44,019 nt of DNA, taken from the IMG/VR virus record IMGVR_UViG_3300011200_000001; one strand, written 5' to 3'. A program made the translations under genes and the position numbers. Below the pieces are notes generated by a model. The model had not been told where the DNA came from and did no database searches. It saw only the letters and a list, made by a program, of their open reading frames with translations. This document shows, in pieces, positions 6,858-15,240 of the stretch. Source of the DNA: a virus. Each line of letters starts with the position of its first letter. The stretch's first letter is position 1.

Positions 6858-7004
6858 GGTGGCTCCTGCCGAAAAACCATATTGAGTTAGGCGGGCACCG
6901 ATGCGGTGAGCCGTTGAACACTGACTACGCGGGCACGCTTGCCGTCAGCCAGCGATCAACCGAGAACAGGACAGGGGGCGGTGTCACCCACACACGTGGG
7001 GTGG

Positions 7005-7433
7005 CTACGGCTGAACGTTGAACACGTCGAACAGGATCGGGACGTACCAGCGGGAAGGGCTCACTGCCAGGTCCTGACGGATAGGACCAGGGTCAGTCGA
7101 CTCATTCACCAGCCCACCGGAAGTGGTCAACCTGACTCCCGTCAACGCCGAGCGGACTTTCTTGGCTGCGGTCAACACCCGGTTCACGTCCCCACCAGCA
7201 GCTGTGACCTGGAAGGACCAGGCCAGGTGTGAGGGCGCGCCCGTCAGGTTCCCGGGGATGTTGCGGCCGGGGGAGACGTAGAGCACGGCGTACATGTGTG
7301 CTCGCCCGTCCGGGTCCATCCGCACTGAGCCTTGACCCGCGTCGTCGACGGACCCGTCGAACACGTCCAGGTTCGTCGTCGTCATCAAAACTGCCAGCGC
7401 TGCGTCATGCAGGACAGCCACGTCCAGGGTCAC
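7005..7433 (-). CDS. putative tail terminator / tail completion protein
   Basis: A 142-aa ORF whose GTG start overlaps the upstream stop (GTGA). It lies after the HK97 gp10-like gene. The call is positional. Confidence 0.55.
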   Translation of the reverse strand: MTLDVAVLHDAALAVLMTTTNLDVFDGSVDDAGQGSVRMDPDGRAHMYAVLYVSPGRNIPGNLTGAPSHLAWSFQVTAAGGDVNRVLTAAKKVRSALTGVRLTTSGGLVNESTDPGPIRQDLAVSPSRWYVPILFDVFNVQP

Positions 7434-7783
7434 AGGAGCTTCTCCGTGATCCGGCCGAGGGCGTCTGCGAACTCGCCGGCATGACGGTCGAACGCTGGAC
7501 CCATGTATGCCGCCGGGCCTTGAGTGGACGTGCCGTACTCGACGTGAGCCCCATAGTTGGCGGTTGGCCCGACCTCGGCAGTCAGCCCTTTCACGTCGCA
7601 GCTGATGCTGTTGCGCAGGTTCCCGGTGTCGACGGGGGCGAACATCTTGGCGTCACGTTCGATGTCGGCGCTCGACTTCTCCAGCACCTTCCGGGCTAGC
7701 GGCACCATCTTCGCGGGGATCCGCCCGAGGTCGACTGCGAGCCGGTTGAAGTCGGACAGGTCGATGTCGAAACCGTCTCCCAT
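7430..7783 (-). CDS. HK97 gp10-family head-tail joining protein
   Basis: The motif run FAPVDTGNLRNSI...GPTANYGAHVEYGT is typical of the HK97 gp10 family. A strong GAGGAGG ribosome-binding site is present. Confidence 0.75.
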   Translation of the reverse strand: MGDGFDIDLSDFNRLAVDLGRIPAKMVPLARKVLEKSSADIERDAKMFAPVDTGNLRNSISCDVKGLTAEVGPTANYGAHVEYGTSTQGPAAYMGPAFDRHAGEFADALGRITEKLL

Positions 7784-7792
7784 GACTCCTCC

Positions 7793-8218
7793 TCAATCCA
7801 GGTTGTCGGTGGCGATGAGGTCGCGCTCGAACCGTTCCGACCCGTACTGCACGTCAGTGACCTGCAGCCTGCGGCCCACCAGGTGGGCGTCGTTGTCCGC
7901 GGCGGTGATGACGATGTGCGCGCCCTCAGGGACGTCGGGGACGTCCGCGGGGACAGGGATGAGGTAGCGGCGTTCGGTGACTTGCTGGCCGGCCTGCGTG
8001 GCCTCGGTGGCCGAATCGATCTCCTGGATCCGGCAGGGGCAGTCATCGATGATCACGATCGGCGCGGCCGGGATCTTGGACTCCGTTCCGGGATCGGTCG
8101 ATCCGGGTCCAACACCGGGTGTCTCGATGCGGCACACCGCGGTCATTGCGCCTTCAGCTACCGGCTGGTGATGCTTCGACCAGTCCGCGTGGATCACCCT
8201 TGTCGTCGAGAACGGCAT
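7793..8218 (-). CDS. head closure / head-to-tail stopper protein
   Basis: ATG at 8218 overlaps the upstream TGA. Size and position between the connector and gp10-like genes fit this role. Confidence 0.6.
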   Translation of the reverse strand: MPFSTTRVIHADWSKHHQPVAEGAMTAVCRIETPGVGPGSTDPGTESKIPAAPIVIIDDCPCRIQEIDSATEATQAGQQVTERRYLIPVPADVPDVPEGAHIVITAADNDAHLVGRRLQVTDVQYGSERFERDLIATDNLD

Positions 8219-8580
8219 CAGAGGCCCCACACCTGGTGCTCGGTGAGCTCGGGGCTGCCGGGGTACGGCTGGTAGTCGACGACGTCGAACGCGAAGTCGT
8301 CGTCCTCAGCCTGGGCGCGGAGCCGGTCCGCGTGCTTGCGCAGCGAGTCCGCGGTCTTCGCGCCATCGGTAGACAGGTCTTGGGTCTTGATGACCTTGGA
8401 GACGAGGGTCTCGGAGTCTGCGATCGCGTCAAGGGCGTCAGCTGCGGCGCGACGAACACTGCCGGCGTTGATCGCCAGGAACCCCTCGACCTGCGGGTCG
8501 TCCAGGATCGGGGTGGTCTCGTTGGTGTCCGCGATGAGGAGCCGGACCTGACCAACGGGCGTTTCGTAGTCGATGGCCAT
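8218..8580 (-). CDS. gp6-like head-tail connector (adaptor) protein
   Basis: A 120-aa acidic protein that is the first gene after the major capsid gene. GGGAGG ribosome-binding site. The sequence pattern ...AADALDAIA...RLRAQAEDDD resembles this family. Confidence 0.65.
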   Translation of the reverse strand: MAIDYETPVGQVRLLIADTNETTPILDDPQVEGFLAINAGSVRRAAADALDAIADSETLVSKVIKTQDLSTDGAKTADSLRKHADRLRAQAEDDDFAFDVVDYQPYPGSPELTEHQVWGL

Positions 8581-8599
8581 GCGGACCTCCCGATAGGAA

Positions 8600-8720
8600 T
8601 GTGGTTGGGGCGCAGGACTGCTCGTGGCAGGGGCCGATTGGACCCGGCGTTGGAACCCCCGAGCGGACCTTCACGCTGCAAGTCAGTAGTGCCGGGCGAC
8701 GTGTTGACGCCCCAACCACA
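8600..8720 (-). repeat. long-range 13-bp perfect inverted repeat (TGTGGTTGGGGCG ... CGCCCCAACCACA) closing a ~95-nt loop in the capsid-connector intergenic region
   Basis: The arms at 8600-8612 and 8708-8720 were read directly. No convincing ORF lies in the 204-nt gap. Confidence 0.6.
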
Positions 8721-8784
8721 GGCTTTGAGATGACCCAGCGCCACCCGACCCGATTCATGGGCCGGGCAGCGAGGGTGATGCGAC

Positions 8785-9951
8785 TCAGATACCCGGGGTG
8801 CCCGTCGCACCGGTCGACCCGTAGGTGTGGATCGGGTCAAGAGCCGCAGAGCCCGTCACGTGCCGGACCCGGTACCACACACCGTCGACCTCGAAGTCGC
8901 CCTCCTCTGGTGCGATCGCACCGCCACCGACACGGGAACCCGTGTTGGACGACACCCGAAGATCCGGGGTCTCATGGCCGGCGAGGAACGCGACCGCGAC
9001 AGCCGGACGCGCAGCACCCTTCGGGTCGGGCAGGACAAACCAGGACGCGCCCGCCAATAGCGGGTTCACGACCAAGCTGACCGCGCCCTTGAGGGGGTTC
9101 GGCTCATCCACACTCTTGGCGCCCGACGTGGTCCGCACCATCGTGGCATTCAGGATCCGCGCTGCCGTGAACTGCAACGCGGGACCAACCATGAGGATCA
9201 GACCGGAGTGGGGAAGAATGTTGCCTTCCTTGTCGCGGCGACCCGCGATGGACTCGATGGCCGCCTGCACCGCAGCAGACGTCAGCGCCGCCGTCGAGCT
9301 GTTGTCGAACACGGTGTAACCCAACAGTCCGGCAGCCGTGGCGTCGTAGGCCTTGAAGTATGCGGCCAGGGGTGCGCCCGTCACCGCGGTGGTGATCGCC
9401 TCGAGAGCGGCGTACTCCTCCGTGAGCTGGGATGCCCGACCGTACTGGTTCGGGATCTGACGGAGCTCGTCGATGTCGTCGTTGACGCCGGCTTCCCACG
9501 AGTACCCGAACCGGCGACCGAACTTCTTCGCCGAGATCGCGAACTCGTTGGTGTCGGACTCGGCACCTGGGTACTCGGTGAGCTGCGGGACAACGTCGAG
9601 GCGGGTCTTGCCGCCCATGATGTCGATGAGCTTCTTGGGCTTGAAGTTCCGGACCGTGGTGCGGGTCGCGAAGTTCTGCCACACGCCCGGGACGTCGCCG
9701 TAAACCCCGAGGAGCTCGCGGTCGAGCAGGTCGCCGGTCGCGGACACGAACAGGTCGGACGTGGTGAGTGCCTCGTTGACGACCAGGGCGGCCATCTTGT
9801 CGCCACCCCACGCTTTGGCCCACAGCTCGGCGGCTTCCTTGAGTGCCTTCGCGCGGGTGGGGGAGAGGCGGCGGTGCGCCTCGTTGGTGGTGCCTTTGAG
9901 GGCACCGTTTTCGGTGAGGCCGAACGACTCGGCCAGCAGGAGAATGGTCAT
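8785..9951 (-). CDS. major capsid protein
   Basis: A 388-aa ORF after the protease-scaffold and DUF2190-like genes. GAGGAG sits 5 nt before the ATG. Composition is typical of HK97-fold capsid proteins. Confidence 0.8.
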   Translation of the reverse strand: MTILLLAESFGLTENGALKGTTNEAHRRLSPTRAKALKEAAELWAKAWGGDKMAALVVNEALTTSDLFVSATGDLLDRELLGVYGDVPGVWQNFATRTTVRNFKPKKLIDIMGGKTRLDVVPQLTEYPGAESDTNEFAISAKKFGRRFGYSWEAGVNDDIDELRQIPNQYGRASQLTEEYAALEAITTAVTGAPLAAYFKAYDATAAGLLGYTVFDNSSTAALTSAAVQAAIESIAGRRDKEGNILPHSGLILMVGPALQFTAARILNATMVRTTSGAKSVDEPNPLKGAVSLVVNPLLAGASWFVLPDPKGAARPAVAVAFLAGHETPDLRVSSNTGSRVGGGAIAPEEGDFEVDGVWYRVRHVTGSAALDPIHTYGSTGATGTPGI

Positions 9952-9960
9952 CAGTGCTCC

Positions 9961-10311
9961 TCAGTACTGGTCGACGCGGACGGGGATGACGCCGGCTGGC
10001 GCACCCTTGGTGGCGAGGGCGACACCGAACTTCGCGTTGGTGTTGGTGGCGTTCAGCGCGTTGCCGGGGACGGTGATGTACACGTAGTCGCCGACCGCGG
10101 CGATAGCGCCGGTGACGGACAGGAGGTGGACGCCTTTGAGCATCACCGACGCGAACCCGTCGGGGTTCCCACCTTCGCCTTCCTTGGTCTGGGCGACACC
10201 GTTGATCCCGGCGGCGAGGACACCGACGTGGACCGGGCCGCCCGATGGGGTGTCCTGGGGCACGGGCAGCGACAGGTAGTCGCCGTCCTCGAACTTGGTG
10301 TTGGTAGCCAT
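9961..10311 (-). CDS. DUF2190-like head protein (decoration/cement candidate)
   Basis: 116 aa. The motif VMLKGVHLLSVTGAIAAVGDYVYIT and the position between the protease and capsid genes fit this family. Confidence 0.65.
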   Translation of the reverse strand: MATNTKFEDGDYLSLPVPQDTPSGGPVHVGVLAAGINGVAQTKEGEGGNPDGFASVMLKGVHLLSVTGAIAAVGDYVYITVPGNALNATNTNAKFGVALATKGAPAGVIPVRVDQY

Positions 10312-10313
10312 GG

Positions 10314-11615
10314 TCAGGCCTCCTTGATCTGGTGGCCGAATGCAGAGGCCACGGCTTTGTCGACGTCGGCCTCGGTGACCTCGCCCTTGGTGTTGTCGGT
10401 CCGGCCGAAGTTGGTGACCTTGCCGACGCCGAACGCCTCACCGATCGAGGCGACCTCGGTCTCGGCGGCGGTGCGAGCGGCCTCAACGGCGGTGCGGAAC
10501 GCGGCCTCGTCGAACGTCCCGTCCGCCGCGAGAGTGATGCTCGAGACCGCGGCCTCGATGACCCTGGCAGCGACCACCGGGGGCAGCTGCGTGGACTCGC
10601 CGACCAGGGTGGTCGCGATGGGCCGTGCGGTGTCACGGGCTTCGGACACGGCACGCTCACGGCGCGCGGTGTCCCTCTCGGCGATGGCTGAGTCGCGCTC
10701 AGCCTCTAGCACGGCGACCCGGCTAGAGTCCGCCTCGAGCTGGCTCAGTCGAGCCTCCTCGATCTGTGGCATGGTTTTCTCCTTTGGTGGCCCAGCCGGG
10801 ATGACTGGAACGTTGATGGCCGCCTCGATGGCGGCGGCGATGACCTGCGGGTCTTCCCACAGGTCACGGGTGTACAGCTGCGGCGCGGACGCCCGCAAAG
10901 CGGTGGTGAACGCGTCCAGCGCGTCACCGACCGCGCCGCTCATAGCGATTCGTTCCTCGCGGGAGAGGCGCCCGTCGCCGAACATCTCGTCAGCGTGGCG
11001 CGTGAAGTCCAGGTGCATCCTCGCCTCGAACCACTGACCCACGTTGCGGGCCTCACGCAGCAAGGTCAGGGACGCTGCAGGGGTGAACCCTGCCTCGGCC
11101 GTCGACAGGGCCGACTCGAGGACCTGCAGGATCTTCCCGCCGCGGCCGGCGTCCGTGACGTAGTCAGCCGACACTCCCTCGACGAGCTCTGTCACGATGA
11201 CGCCTTGTCGGCCTTCTGCCTCGCCCGATTCGACGTGGGCTGCGGCGCGGATGCTGACGCCGATGGCTTCCTTCATCTCAGCCAGCACTTCACGGTAGGG
11301 GCCGAAGACCTGCGCCTCAGCGACAAGCGCGCCACGCGCTTTGTCCCAGTGGGCGTCTTCGGTGAGCATGCCGGCGATGTCGCGGACCGACCGTTCAGGT
11401 CGGTCCTGCGCTTCGCTGTACGACGGGTGATCCAGGAACGTCTTCATGCCCGCCTTGAACACGCCAGCCTTGCCTGCAGCCTCAAGGACTTGGGCCGAGT
11501 AGTGCCCTGAGCTGCCCCACCCTGGTGTGATGAGCTGCAGCACGAAGCGGCCCTCGGCGTCGGGTGCGGCGACCTGGCCTAGGTCGGCCTCGGTGAGCTG
11601 GATCCGCTGCGGCAT
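10314..11615 (-). CDS. capsid maturation protease fused to a coiled-coil scaffold-like C-terminus
   Basis: ATG at 11615 follows GGGAGG. The N-terminus ...LITPGWGSSGHYSAQVLEAAG...FLDHPS...RPERSVRDIAG is typical of actinophage prohead proteases. The C-terminal half is Ala/Glu/Arg-rich and helical. Confidence 0.75.
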   Translation of the reverse strand: MPQRIQLTEADLGQVAAPDAEGRFVLQLITPGWGSSGHYSAQVLEAAGKAGVFKAGMKTFLDHPSYSEAQDRPERSVRDIAGMLTEDAHWDKARGALVAEAQVFGPYREVLAEMKEAIGVSIRAAAHVESGEAEGRQGVIVTELVEGVSADYVTDAGRGGKILQVLESALSTAEAGFTPAASLTLLREARNVGQWFEARMHLDFTRHADEMFGDGRLSREERIAMSGAVGDALDAFTTALRASAPQLYTRDLWEDPQVIAAAIEAAINVPVIPAGPPKEKTMPQIEEARLSQLEADSSRVAVLEAERDSAIAERDTARRERAVSEARDTARPIATTLVGESTQLPPVVAARVIEAAVSSITLAADGTFDEAAFRTAVEAARTAAETEVASIGEAFGVGKVTNFGRTDNTKGEVTEADVDKAVASAFGHQIKEA

Positions 11616-11645
11616 GGTGGGTTCCTCCCGGTCGTGGGATCGTGG

Positions 11646-11807
11646 ATGGCGATGAGTGACGATGACGACGCGGACTGCGTCGAACACCTCTGGGTGATGA
11701 CCGGTGCCACGTTCGACATGGACGGCGCGCACCTGGACCACGCCTGCAGCAGGTGTGGTGCCGTGATGTTGGTCGGGCCAGACGAGCTGACCGGGAAGGT
11801 TGGTTAG
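11646..11807 (+). CDS. small acidic Cys/His protein (53 aa), opposite strand, in the MuF-protease gap
   Basis: Own translation: MAMSDDDDADCVEHLWVMTGATFDMDGAHLDHACSRCGAVMLVGPDELTGKVG. GC3 is about 83 percent, against about 69 percent for the in-frame minus-strand extension. It fills a 188-nt gap. Confidence 0.4.
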   Translation: MAMSDDDDADCVEHLWVMTGATFDMDGAHLDHACSRCGAVMLVGPDELTGKVG

Positions 11808-12862
11808 GCGACCAGTCGCCCGAGCGGGGTCGGCGCCCAAGAGTCACGCCAACCGGGGGTGACCCGCTTCGTGGACAGGTCCGCCCAGCCGATGTGTCCC
11901 CTGTCGAGGAGCTCGACACGCTGCGGGCCCATGACCGAGACCCGGTCTGCGTGCGGGAGGTCGTCGAACACAGCGCGCGCGTCGGGCAGGACTGACGCCG
12001 GCTCATCCAAACCACCGAACCCGAGCTGCGCCCACGTCTTAGTGACCGGGACCCCGACGCAGCGGCCCTGCTGGTGGTCGTGAGGCCCAGCATCGTCGAC
12101 GTCGTGCGTGGACCCATGCAGTGACCAACACGACGGGCAGGTCCGTTTGTCGAGCTGGGCGACCCACTGCCAACCGGTCAACGTGTCAGCGTTCGCCTTG
12201 TTCGCCGCGGTGGTCGCGGCCCGGTGCGCGTCAAGGATCTCGGTGCGGGCGATGACCAGGGCACGGTTGCGGCCGCCTTCGAACGCGCCCTGGACCCGGT
12301 CCAGCATGATGCTCGCGGCCTTGCGGGGGTTGTCGCCGATCGCAACACCGCGGATCAGCGCCGATCGCATGGCCTGCTCAGCCTGGGCAGACAACGGCCG
12401 GGACAGCGCAGTCACCCGGCCGGTGGTCCTCTTCACGACCGCGTCCAGGGCGCGGGGGTCGACCCGGTTGAACGACGCCGCGAGCTCGGCCTGCGTCCCG
12501 GCAACTGGCGGGAGCTGTGAGGCGGTGAGCCGGGCCTGCCACTGCGCGGCCGCGGTGGTGAGGTTGGGCACGTCCTGCAGGACGGTGATGGGGAGGTCCT
12601 TGACCAGCTGGTTGAGTGCGTCACGGGTGACCTTGACGGCGTTGCGCGCACGTTGCGCGCGGTTGATCTTGGTCCGCGATGGCCACGCCCCGTCGGTGGA
12701 CGTGGCGACCAGGTCGTTGATGGCGGCGTCCCACTCGGCGGCGACCTCGGTCCATGCCGCGCCCCACGCGGTGATGAGGGCCTGAGTGGCTGCGTCGACG
12801 GGGGCGTTGACGGCGATCCGCATCCCGGAGAGGAGCCGCATGGTGGCTTTGGTAACAGCCAT
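11804..12862 (-). CDS. head morphogenesis protein (SPP1 gp7 / Mu F-like)
   Basis: The motif ...WVAQLDKRTCPSCWSLHGSTH... is typical of the MuF family. The gene lies downstream of the portal gene. Confidence 0.8.
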   Translation of the reverse strand: MAVTKATMRLLSGMRIAVNAPVDAATQALITAWGAAWTEVAAEWDAAINDLVATSTDGAWPSRTKINRAQRARNAVKVTRDALNQLVKDLPITVLQDVPNLTTAAAQWQARLTASQLPPVAGTQAELAASFNRVDPRALDAVVKRTTGRVTALSRPLSAQAEQAMRSALIRGVAIGDNPRKAASIMLDRVQGAFEGGRNRALVIARTEILDAHRAATTAANKANADTLTGWQWVAQLDKRTCPSCWSLHGSTHDVDDAGPHDHQQGRCVGVPVTKTWAQLGFGGLDEPASVLPDARAVFDDLPHADRVSVMGPQRVELLDRGHIGWADLSTKRVTPGWRDSWAPTPLGRLVA

Positions 12863-13122
12863 CAGCCGTCAAAGTCCGTACGTCGCGCCTCTTCGAGCGA
12901 CATCCCACCCGGCAGGGAATCCAACCACTCGATGCGTGTCGACCCGCCGTGGCCGTGGATGATCTCGACGTCCTGGATACTCGGCCAGATCACTGTCGAC
13001 TGGTGATCCCCACGCCACCTGATCACACACACACCGTCGGGGAAGAGCACCCCGTCAGCGACGACACCGGTACCTGAGACGCCACTCACATCAACGTCGC
13101 GCGCCAGCTGGAAGCGGCGCAT
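12862..13122 (-). CDS. hypothetical protein (86 aa)
   Basis: ATG at 13122 overlaps the upstream stop. The stop overlaps the MuF start. Confidence 0.6.
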   Translation of the reverse strand: MRRFQLARDVDVSGVSGTGVVADGVLFPDGVCVIRWRGDHQSTVIWPSIQDVEIIHGHGGSTRIEWLDSLPGGMSLEEARRTDFDG

Positions 13123-13409
13123 CAGACTCCGACCCACTCGCCGTCGGTGATGAAGCCGTGCGTCTTGCAGCGACCGCAGAGGATCGACGGGGTGACGGTC
13201 AACGGCTCGACCTGGACCACGTGCCAGCCTGCCTCGTTGATCGGCAGCAGCGTCTCGGCGCGCACCGGGATCAGCGCGCCACCCTCGCCAAGGTGGGACA
13301 TGCAGTCGTGGAACCACCAGAAATGGACGCCGTCATCGTCCATGTGAAACGTCGGAGCGGCGCGCAACCTCTCGGTGACCCGACGACCTATCTCCTCGTA
13401 GAGGGTCAC
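13122..13409 (-). CDS. hypothetical protein, DUF6527-like pattern
   Basis: GTG start overlapping the upstream stop (GTGA). The pattern W..F.DC...(P)SILCGRCKTHGFITDGEW resembles DUF6527 proteins. This is a memory-based call. Confidence 0.55.
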   Translation of the reverse strand: MTLYEEIGRRVTERLRAAPTFHMDDDGVHFWWFHDCMSHLGEGGALIPVRAETLLPINEAGWHVVQVEPLTVTPSILCGRCKTHGFITDGEWVGV

Positions 13410-13615
13410 AGCGCGGCGGCGGGGTCGATGTCGTCACGGGGGACCCGGCGGTGGTAGCCAAAGGCGTCGACGTCCTCTGGTGGCTTCGCGGGGTCGTGCT
13501 CGTCTCGGCCGTACGGGCACACGTAGCGAGCGAGCATCACAACGCAGTGCTTCCCTCCTCCGAACGGGCTGGCGCTCGGGGTGAAGCCGTGGCTCGTGGC
13601 GTAACTGTCACCCAT
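13406..13615 (-). CDS. hypothetical protein (69 aa)
   Basis: ATG at 13615 overlaps the portal stop (TGATG). Confidence 0.55.
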   Translation of the reverse strand: MGDSYATSHGFTPSASPFGGGKHCVVMLARYVCPYGRDEHDPAKPPEDVDAFGYHRRVPRDDIDPAAAL

Positions 13616-15225
13616 CACAGCACCGTGGGCGGGACGTCGCCGTGCAGGACCGCGTTCTGCTGCGCCCGCGCCGCGGCAGCATCAGCGGGGTCAACCCAGT
13701 TCCCCTGATCATCCACCAACTCGGCGAGCAGTTCGTCGATGTCCCGGACCCCGAGGAGCTCCAGGATCAGGCGGGCCACAGTCAGCGGCGGGAGTTTGCC
13801 CGTCGAGTCAGCCTTCACGATCGCCTCAAGCAGGGCAGGCACGTCGGGCTGGTTGATCGGCGGGAACGTGATGTCGATGGTCCGTGGCTGCCCGGCCGCG
13901 AGCTCGATGACCTCCACGCCCGTCCCAGGCTCGCGACGGACCGTGCCCTTCAGCCGGCCCTGCGGTGCCTTGATCGCCTGGTCGATGACGTACGACAGGA
14001 TCCGGCGGTGCAGCTCAGCCCACCGGTCGCGGCGCATCCCCATCCCCAGCTCCGTCGGCTGATCCAGGGTCGCCGCGACCGCCCGGGCACCGGTCTGGCC
14101 CGGGTCGCACAGCAGCATCGTGACCGGGAGGTCCAACGCGGCCGCGACCATCGCAGCCAACGGCCGGCCACTGTCACTGTCGATCGTGGCCCCGGTCTTA
14201 GGGATGGCCTCAAGGCCGGCGCCTTCACTCATGATCGCCGTGGCACCGACCCCCAGGGACTGCCCGGTGCGCGGGTCCGTGGTGGGTGCCGCAGCCAGCT
14301 TGGAGCGGACCTGAGCGGCGTTCCTACCTTTGGCGGTGGCCCGCCACGCGAACCTGCTCAGCGCCTTGACGAGGCGCGCCCAGTCCTCGAGGAACTCCTT
14401 GTATGACCGCGCCCACGCCAACGCGTTGTACCCGTCGCCGATGCCGAACTTCCACCCGCTCAGCCGGTTCACCGACCCGTGCAGGACCGGGGACGCCCAC
14501 ATGACCTCGGCGCCGTTGATGGTCTTGGGCCGCATCAGGGGGTAGTACCCGAGCGCCGGGTAGAACGCCTTCATCTGCTTGGTCTCCGTGCGCCCCGTCT
14601 CAAGGTTGATGGTCGTCGCCGTCCACGACCGCTCGTAGTACCACGGGTCGTCACGGTCGTCAGGGTTGCAGATGACGTCCAACACCTCGTCGAACGGCAA
14701 CGACCTGGCCTGCACCCGCCCAGTCAGCGGCGACGTGAACAGCGCGAGGAACACGTTCCCGTCGGTGAAGAACGCCCGCTCGAGCTCCTCCCGGGCCTGG
14801 CTCGACGTCAGGGACGCCCGGTTGGACTCGTCATCCAGGAACGCCTGCACGACGGCGTTGACGTCCTGCTCGCCGGCGTCGGTGTCACCGCGGGCCGCGA
14901 TGGACACGCCCCCACCCCACACGTACGCGATCCGCAGGTTGGACCCGCGGCCCATGAGCGGGTTCACGACGGTCATGACCCGGCACAGCTCCGAGGACCG
15001 GAGCAGGCCCTGCCGGTTGAACTCGGAGTCGAACGACGACGACATCCGCAGCCAGCCGACGTCCTCGAGCGCGAGCTGCGCGTCAACCAGCGACTCGCTC
15101 ATCACTTCGAGGGTGTTCTCGGCCGCGTCGAGCTGGCCCAGGAGCGTGGATTCACGGGACGCTTCGGCTTCAGTGATGTCGTCGACGCCGTCCAGGAGTG
15201 CGGTGGTGCGGTCGAACAGGCCCAC
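13615..15225 (-). CDS. portal protein
   Basis: 536 aa, directly downstream of the large terminase gene. GTG start 5 nt after GAGAGGAG. The sequence is typical of SPP1-type portals. Confidence 0.85.
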   Translation of the reverse strand: MGLFDRTTALLDGVDDITEAEASRESTLLGQLDAAENTLEVMSESLVDAQLALEDVGWLRMSSSFDSEFNRQGLLRSSELCRVMTVVNPLMGRGSNLRIAYVWGGGVSIAARGDTDAGEQDVNAVVQAFLDDESNRASLTSSQAREELERAFFTDGNVFLALFTSPLTGRVQARSLPFDEVLDVICNPDDRDDPWYYERSWTATTINLETGRTETKQMKAFYPALGYYPLMRPKTINGAEVMWASPVLHGSVNRLSGWKFGIGDGYNALAWARSYKEFLEDWARLVKALSRFAWRATAKGRNAAQVRSKLAAAPTTDPRTGQSLGVGATAIMSEGAGLEAIPKTGATIDSDSGRPLAAMVAAALDLPVTMLLCDPGQTGARAVAATLDQPTELGMGMRRDRWAELHRRILSYVIDQAIKAPQGRLKGTVRREPGTGVEVIELAAGQPRTIDITFPPINQPDVPALLEAIVKADSTGKLPPLTVARLILELLGVRDIDELLAELVDDQGNWVDPADAAAARAQQNAVLHGDVPPTVL

Positions 15226-15240
15226 GGTCGCTCCTCTCGG

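Noticed and set aside
6985-7004. The hairpin CCCAC-acac-GTGGG after the 7005..7433 gene, considered as a terminator bounding the island.
   Set aside because: - It has only a 5-bp stem and no U-tract.
- The region is better described as a degenerate copy of the tandem-TGACCC element.
9104-10660. A 518-aa minus-strand ORF overlapping the capsid, DUF2190-like and protease genes.
   Set aside because: - It is an off-frame, Arg/Pro/His-rich translation.
- It overlaps three well-supported genes that have their own ribosome-binding sites.
9208-11037. A very long plus-strand ORF (609 aa), and similar plus-strand ORFs such as 210..995, 8119..8733, 14479..15474, 21243..22337 and 26560..27492, all antisense to structural or early genes.
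   Set aside because: - They are typical high-GC antisense artefacts with Arg/Gly/Val/Pro-rich low-complexity translations and no ribosome-binding sites.
- The minus-strand partners have recognisable phage protein sequences and coupled start-stop overlaps.
10314-11840. An N-terminal extension of the protease ORF to TTG 11840, which would overlap the MuF gene.
   Set aside because: - The extension is low-complexity, with GC3 of about 69 percent.
- A strong GGGAGG-spaced ATG exists at 11615.
- The gap is better explained as non-coding or by the plus-strand mini-ORF.
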